Shown piece after piece: positions 1 through 14,739 of a DNA stretch of 64,000 nucleotides. A program made the position numbers and the translations under genes. Positions within the stretch are counted from its first letter, which is position 1, and every line of letters starts with the position of its first letter. Source of the stretch: Octopus sinensis (Eukaryota); assembly GCF_006345805.1 (NCBI RefSeq), contig NC_043003.1, forward strand, positions 77,004,001-77,068,000, read 5' to 3'. The notes beneath the pieces were generated by a model that made no database searches, had not been told where the DNA came from, and was given only the letters and a program-made list of their open reading frames with translations.

Positions 1-560
1 ATAAAATATACTTAGATGTATTTTATTTATGCACCTGTGCGTGGGGAGGTGTCTATTTTGTGTTTCTGTGTTCACTTTTTAAATGTAGGTTCCGCTTTCT
101 AGTCAGCTTAGGGATTTCATCACAGCCTCATGGCAACTGCTACAGATACCATGTAAACCAGTGCTACCTGGTCCATGGAGGATTGATCGGTGACTAAGTC
201 AGGTCACCCACTTGTGTAGCTTGATACTCTCCTGAGAAGAGTGTCTGGACATCCAGCAGGACTCAAAACAAGAACTATCGAAGGACGGATGACCTCCTTG
301 TAGGCTCAAGAGTATCCGGTCGAGGAAGCCGGTGACAAACCAGCCCAATGTCTTTGCCAAGGAAACACTAAGAAAATGTCAGAACAATGTAATGCCGCCG
401 CGCCATCCGTTGGGAGAACTCGCGCTTAATCGAAATGAAATCTGCGGCAGTGTCATTAACACGATGCGACTGTGTATATGCTTCGTTGTGTGTGTATGTA
501 TGTGTGTATGCGTGTGTGTGTGAGAGAGAGAGAGAGTGTGTGTGTGTATGTGTGTGCGGA

Positions 561-885
561 AGGCGCGTGGCTTAGTGGTTAGGGCATTCGGCTCGCGATT
601 GTAAGGTCGTGAGTTCGATTCCCGGCGACGCGTTGAGTCCTTGAGCAAGACACTTTATTTCACGTTGCTCCAGTCCACTCAGCTGGCAAAAATGAGTTGT
701 ACCTGTATTTCAAAGGGCCGGCCTTGTACCTTGCACACTTTGTGTCACGCTGAATCTCCCTGAGAACTACGTTATGGGTACGCGTGTCTGTGGATTGCTC
801 AGTCACTTGCACGTTAATTTCATGAGCAGGCTGTTCCGCTGATCGTATCAACTGGGACCCTCGTCGTCGTAACCGACGGAGTGCT
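561..885 (+). mobile_element. tRNA-derived SINE, family A
   Basis: tRNA-like head with A box (TGGCTTAGTGG) and B box (GAGTTCGATTCC), then a CORE-like segment (gtccttgagcaagacacttt). Closely similar copy at 50792-51113. Confidence 0.9.
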
Positions 886-2868
886 CCTCCTAAGTATGTG
901 TGTGCGTGTGTGTGTGAGTAATTCATGGCTTACTAAGTGAACAATGATCTTATGACCCACGCAATCGTTACACTTTATGTTAGTTAATATTTGTTACATT
1001 GTCAGAAAACAAGGACGAGATATCGCTTCTGAGCGTTGGTGCCATAGGGTAGTTTGATGAAGCAATAACTGTGGAGGTCTGCTCATGAGACAGTGTACGA
1101 TTGATTTGATTGTACTGGAATACAGATATTTTGTTCGGTTGGGCAGATGACACTGGGGTAGCGTTTTGACCGGCAGACTGAGGAACAAATCACAAACGGT
1201 ACAAGGTTTTTGTATGCTTGTGAGTGATACTTAGCCAATCAACTTACTGCTCTGGGTCTTGAATTCGTATTAGTTCATTGTGAGACATTCGTATATTAAC
1301 AGTATCCCTGTACGTGTTGTATCTGTATTAGCAATATAATACCCCATTGTTCAACATTGATATCTTAGCACAGCTCCATTATGGATTTCATTCGGGTTAG
1401 TAGTAATGCAGTGTGGAACTCACTTGCATTAGTAGTATTCCATTGTGTCTCTTATTCTTTTATAGATTTCGCGCTATTAGTTCTTCATAAACGTAGGTGT
1501 GCATTACTTGTGCTTAGATTTGCGTGTATGTGTATATTTACATAGAAGAGAGGCACAGACAGAGAGAAAGAGAGGGAGTGAGAGCGATAAAGTGTATGAT
1601 CATGTGAGTAGCTTTTGTTCAAATAGCGCTTACATGCGTGTTTGTGTCTATAGATGTGTGTTTAAAGTGTAATAGATTCCAAAATATATAAACATGTTTG
1701 TACATATTTTTATACGTATATATTTCTATTTGGTTATTGTGTCTGTGTTTGTGTGTGTACATGTGGGTTGTGTCACAACAAAAAAAGACATCGTAAATAC
1801 TTATATGTGCGCTATGTTGCATATCTTTTTTCTGTGTGGCTATACATATATCTATTTATGCATATGTGTGTGCGTGCTCATAAGTGTGTGTGTGTGTGTA
1901 CGTGTTTCTTGAAATCTCTCAATGTTTATGAATGAGTGAGTGTACATATGAATAAGTACGTGTGTATGTGTATATGTATATGTGTGTGTCTGTGTGCATG
2001 AATGCTTAAGTAAGGACATCATAGTTTCTGCTTAAAACACCTGAGAACAATTAAACTGAAAAAATTTGATTTTTAAATATTTTTTGTTACTTTCATTGGC
2101 TTCTACATTCACGCTCACTCTCACACACACACACAGACGCAATAAACACACACACACACACACACACAAAGACACACGCACACTAGTACACACACACACA
2201 AACAGAAACGCGCACAGACAGACACAATGCAATACGCACACTCACTCAGACACGTACAAACATACACATGCACACTCACTCTCTCTTGTCTTTTGTCTCT
2301 TCCCCAGTCTCAATCCTCTTCTAATTTCAGTCTCTTATTCTCTGTCTCTTAATTCCCCTCTTTTGATCCGCCATATATACCTACACACACGCGCAGGCGC
2401 ACGTGCACATTGACACGCACAAATACTGACACACACATAAACATAAACATGTATATATATATATATGTGTGTTTGTGTGTGTATGTATGTATGTATGTAT
2501 GTATGTATATATGTATGTGTGTATGTATGCATGTATGTATGTATGTATGTATGTATGTATGTATGTGTGTGTAGATATATGTGTATGTGTGTGTGCGTAT
2601 TATTCGCATATACACACGTCTACTTACATATACGTATAATCTCAGAGAATTGTATGTGCATACGTATACATATATGTATATGTACATGTCTCTGAGTGTG
2701 CATGTATGTACATATGTAGGTATATATAGATACAGACCACATATGTAAATATATATATACATATAATACGTATACATATATATACATATATGCATGTATA
2801 TACATATATACGTATAAATGTATATTTACATGTGTATATATATATATATATAATATATATATATATAT

Positions 2869-2900
<32 letters not shown>

Positions 2901-3394
2901 TCTGCATGTATGTGAATGTATATATGTATATATATTAATGTGTGTGCGTGTGTGCGTGTGTGAGTGCGTGTCTTTTCGGTATGTACATAAGACACAAGTA
3001 TGTAGGATTTGTAGATATAAGTGTAATGTATGTCTGTCAGTAAAAATTTCCAATATTTAACAAAAAAAAAATGTTTTTTTTTAGATTTTAAAAATGAAAA
3101 TATTTCTTCCTAACGTCAACAGTACCAATATCTTGACATATGTACACATGTATGGATGGATGGATGGATATATGTATGTGTGTATATGTGTATATGTATG
3201 TGTGTATGTATTTGTGTATATGTGTGTATGTATGTGAGTATATATATCTATACATGTATGTATGTATGTTTGTATGTATATACATATGTATCTATATATG
3301 TATATATATATATATGTACATACATATGTACGTATATATATGTGTGTGTGTGTGTGTGTATGTATGTATGCATGTCAGTAGGAGGTATGTATAG

Positions 3395-3426
<32 letters not shown>

Positions 3427-4204
3427 TTGTATGCATGTATGTATGTGTAAGAGTGCATATACGTATATATATATATATATGTATATATGTGTTGTGTATG
3501 TGTGTGTGTGTGTGTGTATGCACAAATATCGGGAAATAGATATATACATATCATATATCAAGTCATTTAATATGACGTGTTTACTTCTTGCTTTTGTAGT
3601 TTTACACCCCAGTCAGACTTGATCCAGCTATCCTTTGATCCCGAATGTTTATTCCATTCATGTTACACTTTATTCTCAAGTATATTACGATAATAATTCC
3701 TGATCAATGGCGGGGCTAGAATGTGCTGTGCCCGATCAGAGAATTTTGAGTGGTGCCCTCTACTCTACAAATGCTGAACATTGATGCTTTATACTTCACG
3801 TAGTATACCAGTCCCAGCCAAAAAGCGTTGAGAGTTTAAGGCCCCACCGTTAGCAACAATGATATACTAAAATTTCATCACAGCGGTCACCGTTCGTGAG
3901 TGTGCTCAGGGCCCCGTTTGTTGCGAGGTCCGGTTTGAACAAATCTGTCTTGGCTTTAAACCAGTACAGGTTATAGCAATTGGGAAATTATTTTCTCATG
4001 GATAATCAATGTGTATTTTCATACATGTCTATAAATTTGCATGTAGAACTCTATGTACATGTTTGCTATATCTGTATGTGCGCATGTATTATATATTTTT
4101 ACTTGTTTCACCCACTGGACTTCGACAAAGGCACACACACATGGTTGTATATACACATAATTCATATATATATTTATACATGTGTGTGTGTGTATGTGTG
4201 TGTA

Positions 4205-4335
4205 CACGACGGCTTCTTTCTGTTTCCCTTGCCACATCCACTCACAAAATTTTGGTCGGCCCAGGACGATAGTAACAGAGACTTGCCCAGTGGGACTGAA
4301 CCCAGGACCATATTAGGAAGCAAACTTCTTACCAT
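4205..4335 (-). mobile_element. SINE family B, partial degenerate copy
   Basis: Reverse complement matches the 5' half of family B (gggactgaaccc, ttgcccag, ggtcggccc, atccactcac, cttctttc). Confidence 0.7.
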
Positions 4336-4671
4336 ACTATCATGAATACACGACTATTTTGTTCGTTAGCTCACTTAAAAATTCTAGCTATGGTACTTTT
4401 TAAATTTGTTTTGGGTTGGTCTGGAAAAAAGAATTTCCACCGTGGACCTTTGGAAGCTAACGTAGTTTATAAGACTGATGGTCATAAAAGTCGACGGTAG
4501 CAGTAAGTCGTAACTTTCAGTGCTAGCTCTGAATTCTTTAGAAAATCTGTAGAGATAAACTTTAAACTGAGAACATCGCACTGCTAACACCAAAATAAGG
4601 TCAAGCTTTAGTATACTTGGTAGTATAATATGGTTGCAAAACGAAATACTGTGTCTTTGATTTCAAATTTT

Positions 4672-4850
4672 GGCACAAGGCCTGTAATTTCAGGAGAAGT
4701 GATAGGTCGATTACATCGAACTCAGTGCTCAACAGCTACTAATTTTTCCAACCCCGAAAGGATGAAAGGCAAAGTAGACTCAGCAGAATTTGAACTCAGA
4801 ATTTAATGACGAAGGAAATGGCGCTAATGATTTTGCCAACATGCTGCCTT
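4672..4850 (-). mobile_element. SINE family C (Deu/Nin-like central domain), degenerate
   Basis: Contains ccccgaaaggatgaaaggcaaagt and gaatttgaactcagaa, shared with 8367, 22294, 31453, 39932 and 59362. Confidence 0.8.
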
Positions 4851-5306
4851 ATTACAGGCAATTAATATTAATAGAAAATTATGAGTGAGTTTGTATTTCT
4901 CTGGGCTAGATGATCTGGGTAGGAAGAATTAGACAGAGTATTTAGAGCAGTGACTTGGAATAAGTTCAATATGGGTAACGAAGTGGGGGGAAACTAGTGA
5001 AACTAGTTATGCTGGACTAGTCCACTTCGAGGAGCAGAGACCAATGGAATGGTTACAGAAAAAGCAGACTTTGATGATAGTATGTCTATGAGTCACTGAA
5101 ATAAGAACTTTATATTCGACGATGGATGAACTGTTCTCATTATCAGTACATTTCCCGAATTTTCAGTATATATAAACATTATTGGATTATCTAGAGGATT
5201 TCTTTCTCTGTATCTCATGTTAACTAGGTGTTCGCATGGAGTGCTGAATGAAGTATTTGCCAGGATTCCTTGAATCACTCTTCATTACCCTCACTCTATG
5301 TCTCTG

Positions 5307-5368
<62 letters not shown>

Positions 5369-6792
5369 CGTGTGTATGTAAATCTATATACATAAACACA
5401 TATTGTTGTTATGTTAAAATGTCGTATGTCCAAATTTGGTCAAATGGGTTCTTTTTCAAAATTTATTGAAATAAATGGTTCTTTTGGTCAAACTATCGTA
5501 TCTCCAGCTGCTTCAGATGCCAAGATATCAAAAATTGTCAAAGTGTAGTACAACGTTTTTACTCTGGAATGGTAAAATTATTTTTTCGTTTTCTGAAAAA
5601 GCAACGTTTCGGACTTACGACACTTTTGCTTAACAGCAACGAATTATGTATCTATTTAAGTATTTTATATATCCTCTTACAAGGTATTGGTTAGCTGACA
5701 TTACAGTACAAGACACTCAGTAAAGTTCCTGAGTGTTATATCGAACTTGGAACAACCTGGTAGCAAAATATATTACCTAATCACACAGCAATGTACCACC
5801 TGATTGTCTCCGCCTGTACATGTATTCTTGTGGCAGTGTTATAAAACGTAAATATTAAGTACGTCTATATTATTTTTTTCTATTGTAGCCATTTTTAAAG
5901 ATTGTTTGACTGGTAAGCATAAATTTTGAATCAGCAAAATTTTTCTCATTAGTAATTCTTCAACAAAATATGTATTCTCCACCATGCTCACTTTACCTTT
6001 CTCTCTCTCTCCTTCACAACATACATATACATTCACATGTATATTCATTCAAACGTACTTATACAATTACATGCACACGTGTATATATAGACGTGTCTAT
6101 CAAAACGTACTTCTGTATGTGTGTTTATATACACATGCAGTTGGTTTTTGCTTAAATATATTTCTGTTTAAATATGCGTAAGTTTACCCCTGTGTGTATA
6201 TATATATATATATATATATGCATATATTTGCATATTTCTCAATAAATGTGTATATGAAGCAATATAGGTGCCCAAAATCTATGTATGTATGTATGTATGT
6301 ATGTATGTACGTCTGTATGTGTGATGTAAGCGGATATGTATTCGTACATGAATTGTGCGTGAATATATATATGTATGTACGTTTGTTTCTGTATATGCGT
6401 CCGTAAATGGTTGTGACTTTATGCGTAGGTGAATATGTTTATCACTGTTTATGGTGTTTAATTACCATTGTTCTGGTCGCTCTTAAATAACTCCAATTTT
6501 ATGTGTGTTTCATTTTATTTACATTTGCTAAAATTTTACATAACGAAACAAAAACGATCAGGTGAATGGCTACCATTATTATGTTATTAAAACGACGCCT
6601 AAATCCATTTCTTAAGTTTATTTCTCTTTACGAAATATCAGCGTTAAATTTACAAGAAAACAGAAAAGTGATTTAACGTTTTGTTATCTTTATTTCTACA
6701 ATTTGATTTATATATGTTTATTATTTTTTCCTTTGTTTACAGTTTTATTTCTTACAACGTGTTCGCTAATGCTTAAAATTTCACATACACAC

Positions 6793-6824
<32 letters not shown>

Positions 6825-7089
6825 TTCGCACACACAAAGTCAAACACTCACACATATATATACAATGTTCAGACTAAATTTGACGACATTTTCTGTTCCC
6901 TTTCTTCTGGAATAGTTTGATGTATTGATAATCGGTCAACGGCATCAGAGGGCATAAAGAGTAAAGTTGCAATTAAGAAAATGTTAGCTGACATGAAGGA
7001 CGGGAAGCCATTTGGATATTGGAAAAGAGTTACCTCTATCATGATGATTAGCGCCGGGCATCAAAATGTTGTCATCATGACTGCAGCTC

Positions 7090-7335
7090 AATGCTCTCTG
7101 AAAACTGAAAAGGCCGTAGACTTGACTCGACAGTTGCACAACAACCATAACAACAGATGGATTTCCTACAAACCATGTGATGTCCCATGTATCATGAAAT
7201 CCATGTTACCCAAAACTGTGCTGGTCTTTGGGTGTGTTTCCAGTCCGGGTGATGTCATACGCACCAAATATTCAAGCTCAGTTCAGACGGCTATGTGAAG
7301 CTGCTGGAAACTGGCTTCAGAGAGAGTTATGGCCA
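7090..7335 (+). pseudogene. Tc1/mariner-superfamily (maT/DD37D-like) transposase fragment
   Basis: Translates to QLHNNHNNRWISYKPCDVPCIMKSMLPKTVLVFGCVSSPGDV and, after a frameshift, KLSSDGYVKLLET. This resembles the QN.RW...K.P..VMV.G region of maT-type transposases. No TIRs seen. Confidence 0.6.
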
Positions 7336-7338
7336 TGC

Positions 7339-7701
<363 letters not shown>

Positions 7702-7702
7702 T

Positions 7703-8741
7703 CCTTCCTTCGTAACATAGTAAAGGTAAAAATGCACCGGAGTCTTTAGTCATATGTCAAGTCACAACAAGGACCTCAGACAGATAATACTTTCTTTAAG
7801 ATGTGCTCGGTGCCAAATAAAGCGACTTTTTGCATGATATCAATCTTGCATTGGATTTCCAGTTGCCTTAAGACGTCTTGCAGTTTCGATGAGATTGGGC
7901 CCAACTCTCAAATCACCACTGGTATCACTCTCTCGCATTCCATACAGTCTTGCCATTTCCACTTTCAATTCGGAGTACTTGTGATTTTTTCAACCTCTTT
8001 ACTCAAAGCATTCATGTCATTTGGTATGGCTACATCAATGATCTAACAGTATTTGTCTCTCTTGATCAATATGACAATATCTGGCCGACGATGTTCAATT
8101 AATCGGTTGATCCGAAAATCATAGTCTCAGAGTATCGTTACTTTTCCATCCTCCTGCATAACTTTACTTGGTACATGCTCATACCGGTTCTCTGTTACTC
8201 CATATTGGTATTTATGGCATAAGAGCCAATGAAGATACACACATACTTTATCGTTGCGGCGCTTGTATTCTTTTTGTGCAAAGTTCTCACGTCCATTTCC
8301 CAAGTGGGTCACATTTTCCACACTCTTTTCACAGAGTCTGCATTTCTGGGTATCAGAAGTTTTATATATTTCTTAATTGCCCACAAGGGGCTACACAGAG
8401 AGGGGACAAACAAGAACAGACAAAGGGATTAAGTCGGTTACATCGACCCCAGTGCAAAACTGGTACTTTATTTATCGACCCCGAGAGGATGAAAGGCAAA
8501 GTCGACCTCGGCGGAATAGAACTTATAGTTCACTGACTTGGTAGCGAGAGCCTGGTCCTGTGCAGCAATGATCAAGCTTTCGGGGGTAGGCTTCAAATCA
8601 CCTCGCTCTAGCCATGTCCAGGATGGTGTAACATCCTTCACGTCCTGTGTATTCCTTTCAAACTGTCCATGCATTCTCATTTCAAGAACGTCTTGTTAGC
8701 TCATTGGTTAAAATCTTCGTTGCCTGTCATTTTAATCTGCA
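7703..8741 (-). mobile_element. R4/Dong-clade RLE non-LTR retrotransposon, 5'-truncated relic (subfamily C)
   Basis: Minus-strand translation gives MHGQF..WTWLERGDLKPTPESLIIAAQDQALAT, a decayed CRLC...H zinc knuckle, HRRPDIVIL..IIDVAIP (RLE) and KVALFGTEHILKKVL. (TAA)n on both sides; interrupted by a SINE. Confidence 0.85.
8367..8523 (-). mobile_element. SINE family C, 5'-truncated, inserted in Dong relic C
   Basis: Reverse complement of the family C body and tail (ccccttgtgggcaattaagaaata); splits the LINE just upstream of the zinc knuckle. Confidence 0.85.
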
Positions 8742-8780
<39 letters not shown>

Positions 8781-9030
8781 CACTATTATTATTATTATTA
8801 ACATAACGTGTCTTAAATAGTACAACAATGCAGAGTGGACTATAATAACTGTTGTAATTCAATTATCTCTAGTCTGATATAATAACATTTCGGAATACAA
8901 AACTTCCTCCTTCAGATTTCGCTAGGAATTGATCTAGTTACTGCTATTATTATCATCATCATTATTATTATTATCATTATTATTATTATCATTATTATTA
9001 TTATCATTATTATTATTATTATTATTATTA

Positions 9031-9080
<50 letters not shown>

Positions 9081-10238
9081 TGATGAAAACTCAGACCTTA
9101 TTTTGCTGGCTATGTTGAAAGATGTCAGCTGTCCACAGCCAGCAGACTAAGGTGACACTTGTTTACTAGTTATGCTTTAAGAACCCTACGAAGAATTCTT
9201 GCAGTTCCAAGCAATGCTGATGTTTGTAGACGTTCTACCTTCACACTTGCACCGATCTTTTTCAGCCTTGTTGGTATTCGAGGGATGATACTTCCAAGTG
9301 CGCCAATTACTATTGGTATCACGTCTACTCTCTTCATTTGACCACATCCTTCGTATTTCACACTTCAAATCTCCATAGTTGTTTATTTTTTTCTTCTTTC
9401 TCATCAATCTTGTTGTCGGCGGGGAATGCTGTTTCCATTATCATGCATGTTCTTTCTTTTTTCATTCACCACAACAATGTCCGGTTTCCGATCTCTGGTC
9501 AGATCCCACATGATCTTGCAATTCTCATTCTCGATAACTCCTGGAGTTTGATCATACCACGTATTTGCCATTTGTAGGCTGTGATTTCCACAGAACTCCC
9601 AATGGCTTATTCTTGTCACATCGTCATGGCGTCTTTTGTATCGCTTTGTGCCAATTTCTGGCTTTCGCTAACGATGTGCCATACCGTTTCACCCTTCTCA
9701 CCACATATTCTGCCTTTGTCGCTATCGGTAGTGTTGTCTACACGGCACTTCGCATAGTTGCTCCTTAACATTTGTTTTGAGCCGCGCATACGAGTGCTTC
9801 TGTCTCTATCTTCAGGTCACTCCTCATCCATAGTCACCTCTGTGTCTGCCTTAGCGTTTACATCTCTCGCAAACTGACCATATATTTTTTACTTTCCATG
9901 CTTTTCCTTTTTCTTTTTTTTTGTTCATTTGTTCTTGAAGTTTTTCTTTCCTTACACAATTTTCAGTTTTGATGACGCCGGTCTTCTTCGTATGTTTCAA
10001 CAGTGGCTCCACGTCATTTTTTTATATACCACCCTAAGCTATTTTCCTCTGTTTTGATAGAGTCCTAGCAAATGATCAAACCTCTCACACTCTTTCTTCT
10101 GGACCAGTATAGCTTATCGCTGTCACTCGTATGTTGGAAGGCTCCGTATACTGTCAACATTTTTCTAGTTTTGGTATCTGTTTTTATCACTCCGCTCTTT
10201 TGCCATTTCATGATTCCCGCTTCGTACCGAATTGATGC
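9081..10238 (-). mobile_element. R4/Dong-clade relic (subfamily B)
   Basis: Fragments SIRYEAGIMKW, TRKMLTVYGAFQHTSDSDKLY, WYDQTPGVIENENCKIMWD..RKPDIVVV and VIPIVIGALGS..SALLGTARILRRVL. Frameshifted; (TAA)n at both ends. Confidence 0.85.
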
Positions 10239-10251
10239 TATTATTATTATT

Positions 10252-12026
10252 TTATGTTTGACTTTTGCTTTACATTTGTACAAGTTGGCTCCAAGTCTAA
10301 CCCAGAGACCTCAAGAGACAACAAGTTGGAAGTTCATGTTAGTGTTATGCCGAGGGTGCCATATATTTGGTTTTGTACATAGTGTTGTTCTAGAGAATGT
10401 TTAAGAAACCATAAGAAAATTATTTTTGTTTTAAAACTTGAGATTACATAGAGAGTATTTTGCGTAGGATATGAGCAGTTCCCATGAGCACTATCTTTTG
10501 AATTTCTGCCATTTGGGGGTTTTCTGGTATCTGAGCTAGGTAGCAATCAGCCCATTTTGCTATCATTCCCAGAGCACCTATGGCAACAGGTATTGTTTTA
10601 GTCTTCAGGTTCCATATTTTGCTAAAGTCGATTTCAAATCTTTATATTTGCTCCGTTTTTGATAGGTCTTGACAGATACGTTTATATCCATTGGGACAGT
10701 CATATCAATGAGGAGGCATGATTTTTGTCTGAAGTCTTTCAATATGATGTCTGGCCTATGCGCATCTATCTATCTGTCAGTTTGAATGGTGAAGTTCCAG
10801 AGGAGTGAGATATGATCATTTTCAAGCACTGGAGGTGGCTTGTGTTGCCACTAGTTTTTATCATGAGGCAAGTTCAGGCCTTTGCAAATTACCCAGTGAA
10901 TATATTGTGCAGCTCTATCGTGCCTGTTGAGATACTCTGTAGGCGCTAGAAGATTGCACTTGGAGACAACATGATCAATGGTTTCATTTTGTTGTTGACA
11001 TATACGACATGTTGGGCTACTGCCGTTCGTTAATATGTTGGCCTGGTACTTCCTTGTAGGAAGGTATTGATCTTGAGCTGCTATGATAAACCCTTCTGTT
11101 TCAGATTCTAAGCCAGATGCCATTAGCCTTTGATGGGTCAGAACTTTGTCAACATCGGCATTATTTGCTCTCTTTGGGTATTTGCCATGAAGAGGTTTTT
11201 CTTGCTATTTATCAGTCAGCAGTTTTAGCACAGGTTTTCATGCGCTTAGCTTTTTCTGCGCTTGTTTCTCGTATGTCTAATTCCGGAATTTGTTGTATTT
11301 GGAATTCACTTAGATATTCCTTTGCCTGTTTTGTTACTGAGTAAGGTGCTTTCTTGTTTCCATGTTTTGAGACAAGTTTTAACATCCAGTCCTCAGAGTT
11401 TTCAGGTAGGTGTCTAGGCCAATTGTGGCACTCTTCATTGTTAATGCCAGTTGTAAATGTCCACGGCCTCCCTCTTTTTTTGCCAGATAAAATCGTTCTG
11501 TATCTGCCTTAGGGTGGTGCATTCTATGCATTGTCAACAGTTTTCGTATTTTTCTGTCAAGATTACATATTTCAGTAATTGACCAGTTAACGATATTGAA
11601 ACTGTAAGTGAGGACTGGTATGGCTAAAGCATTGATCGCTTCGATCCTGTTTCTCGCATTCATCTCTATCTTGAGTATTTCTCTTACTCTGCGATAGCAT
11701 TCTCACCTGATCCTTTCCTTCGTCACTGAATGCCTTATTCCGACCCCTTCAATTACCCCTAGGCATTCGTAGCTCTCCGCTGGGTCTAACTCTTTTATAA
11801 CATTCTGCTGGTCAAGGTTAACGTTCGATGTTTCTGTCATTTTTCCTTTGATAAAGGTAGCTTTTGCACATTTATCGAGGCCAAATTGCATTCTGATGTC
11901 ATCACTGATTTGTTTAACAATCGCTAGTAAGCCCTTGAGTTGTTAGTCATTTTTTTTGCAAAGAGCTTTAAATCATCCATGTAAATGAGATGATTTATAT
12001 TTTAGCAAACATTTTATAACCGTACT
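10252..12026 (-). mobile_element. R4/Dong-clade relic (subfamily A, same family as 59578-61590)
   Basis: Collinear with the 59.6-61.6 kb copy from the RT motif-5 region through the 3' UTR, with stops and frameshifts. (TAA)n at 10239-10251 and 12028-12088. Confidence 0.92.
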
Positions 12027-12027
12027 A

Positions 12028-12088
<61 letters not shown>
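12028..12088. repeat. (TTA)n microsatellite (Dong target tract)
   Basis: Pure trinucleotide run abutting the 5' truncation of the Dong copy. Confidence 0.95.
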
Positions 12089-12650
12089 CCTGATTTCCCT
12101 TTTACCCTTTCTGGGTCGATAAAATAAGTACTTGTTGAGGACAGATGTCGCTGGACTTGTGCCAAAATTTGAAATCGATAAACCATAGGAATTTTCACGA
12201 GTAATATCAAGTTGGGCTGACATTGCAGGAAAAAAAATTCATAGTCTCGGTATAGCCATTTGTTTCGTAAACACTGTATATAGTAGTTAGAGGTTATTTA
12301 ATCAGATAACAGCAGATTAAAATAGATAAGATTGGAAGAATTACTTTCTTTAGTTCATGAGGCAGAATATTCACAAATGTTCTCTGCTTTCTTCTCTTTG
12401 GTGCCTTTCTCAGGATTAAATCCATTTTCTGACTGATGCAAAACGAAGTTTAAAGCAGATGAAAACTGCAATGCTTTATTTGCATCCGCCGATAAGGGAA
12501 TTGTTATGTGCGCTACGCGCAATATAGTTCTCTGTTCAGTGTACAATGCACAACCTCTTTAATATCAAACAGAGTAGAGTTCTACCTCTTATCTCAGAAG
12601 TATAGAACAGAACAACATTTATATATGTGTGTGTGTGTGTGCGATTAACA

Positions 12651-12684
<34 letters not shown>

Positions 12685-13091
12685 GCTAATATATATTTAT
12701 CTATATATGTCTACATATATTTATGAACAAATATATGTATATGTAGATATGTACATATGTAGTATATAAATATCACTTTCACTTTGAATAGATATATCTA
12801 TACCTAGAAGCTCGTATGTGTATGTACGTATTCATACATATGTGCATATACACCCACATATATGAATATTATGTGTGTATATATATATATACATCTAAAT
12901 ATATATACACACACATATATATACATATACATACATACATACATGTAGATATTTATATTCATGTATATATATCAACAGAAACATATATATATCCATACAT
13001 ACATATACATGTATGTATATATACGTGTGTATATGTGTATTATATAAGTAAATACATACATATATATACATGTATGTATATATGTGTATTA

Positions 13092-13135
<44 letters not shown>

Positions 13136-13365
13136 ATATGTATATATATATACTTGCATGCGTACATACATACATACATATCATATAAATAATTAAACAG
13201 TGTAGGTAAGGGCAAACGTCTATGTATATAAAACAGACTGCGTTTAAGTCACTTTTCGGAGATTCTCTTTCCTGATCAGTTTCTTTAGGGAGAGTCTGAG
13301 AGAGATTGATATAAATATAAATACTATCATACATACATGTATACGTGCATACATATGTACATGTA

Positions 13366-13408
<43 letters not shown>

Positions 13409-13799
13409 CTAGGAAACAAACACATACATTAACCAACTCGCATTTAAACATACGCAGTGACACTCACATAGACTTACGTAGCCAACTACCCACTTCCATA
13501 TATATATATATATATACATGCGTAGATATATAGAAGTTAAGGTAGACATATTCATACATACCTGCTTGCACACATACGTGTGCCTATACATTCATACATT
13601 AAAGTAAGTAGAGAAACACTATTACTTAATCATGCATATTGGATTTTCATATATCTTTAGAAGTTATTTCAAGTTCTTTATTCTCTTTGAGAACAGATGG
13701 CGAAGAATGCCAACAGTATTTGGAATATCAACGAGTAAACCTCCCAGCAATGCTTCCACAAACCAATCGATATTCTGTCTAGAGGAGAAGAAGAAAAAA

Positions 13800-13856
13800 A
13801 GAGTAGTAATAATAGTAGTAGTAATAATAATACTAATAGTACTGAAAATAATAATG

Positions 13857-13888
<32 letters not shown>

Positions 13889-14073
13889 GTGCTGATGATG
13901 ATGACGATGATGATGATGATGATGACGACGACGACGACGATGACGATGATGATGATGATGATGATGATAATGAAGAAGGTGATGATGATGATGATGAAGA
14001 AGAAAAAGAAGAAGAAGAAGAAGAAGAAGAAGGTGATGATGATGAGGACGATGACGATGATGATAATGACGAC

Positions 14074-14120
<47 letters not shown>
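13800..14120. repeat. Compound trinucleotide tract (TAG/TAA)-(GAA)n-(GAT)n
   Basis: Directly visible; explains the poly-His, poly-Ile and poly-Met ORFs. Confidence 0.9.
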
Positions 14121-14739
14121 GATTCATGCCTTAAAATACACCAAGGCACTTAAAGAAAATCCACTGTAAGCATAGAAACGGCTATAAATTAATATAAAAT
14201 AGGCAAAAGATATAAAACGGGAGACAGGTTATCAAACGTCTGATACGTAAGGATATGTCCATGCATACATACATGTGTGTGTGTGTTCGTACGTGCGTGC
14301 TTGTGTGTATGCGTGCGTGCGTGCGAGCATGTATGTGTGTGTGTGTGTGTGTAGATGGAGGGGAGCGTGCGTGAGTGTGTGTGTGTGTGTGTGTGTATGT
14401 GTGCGTGTGTTTTTGTTTGTGTGTGTGTGTTTGGTGTGTGTGTGTGCGTGTGTGTGTGTGTGTGTGTGCGTTTGTGTAATGAATACAGGAGTTATGCGTA
14501 GGTAACTTCAATTTTTCCTGATCGTGTACGATCCAGCAAGTTTTTTTCCGGCTCAAATAACATAACTATTCCGTGACGAAAGGCGAGAAAAAACGAGAGG
14601 AAGTCTTTTAGGGAAAAGAGAGATAAGGAATGTGTTCCTTTAACCTGTTACATAAAGATTATTGTTAATGTTGATTGTTTATATCTAAATTGACTATCGA
14701 TCGTTTGGCAGTCGAATTGGGGTGAACTAGGTGAATAAA

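Noticed and set aside
561-635. tRNA gene at the SINE A heads (also 50792)
   Set aside because: The cloverleaf is imperfect and continues into a repeated SINE body, so these are SINE heads rather than tRNA genes.
3700-3970. GC-richer block with hAT/MITE-like ends
   Set aside because: The two ends are not recognisably inverted repeats and no TSD was found.
8880-8925. Hammerhead-like CTGAAGGA-GGAA..TTCC-GAAA on the minus strand
   Set aside because: Extra base in the core and no stem I pairing; at best a decayed relic.
13678-13790. Minus-strand IGLWKHCW resembling a claudin-family GLW..C motif after a pyrimidine-rich AG
   Set aside because: Very short, the donor site is weak, the frame stops soon after, and the pyrimidine tract is just a (CTT)n microsatellite.
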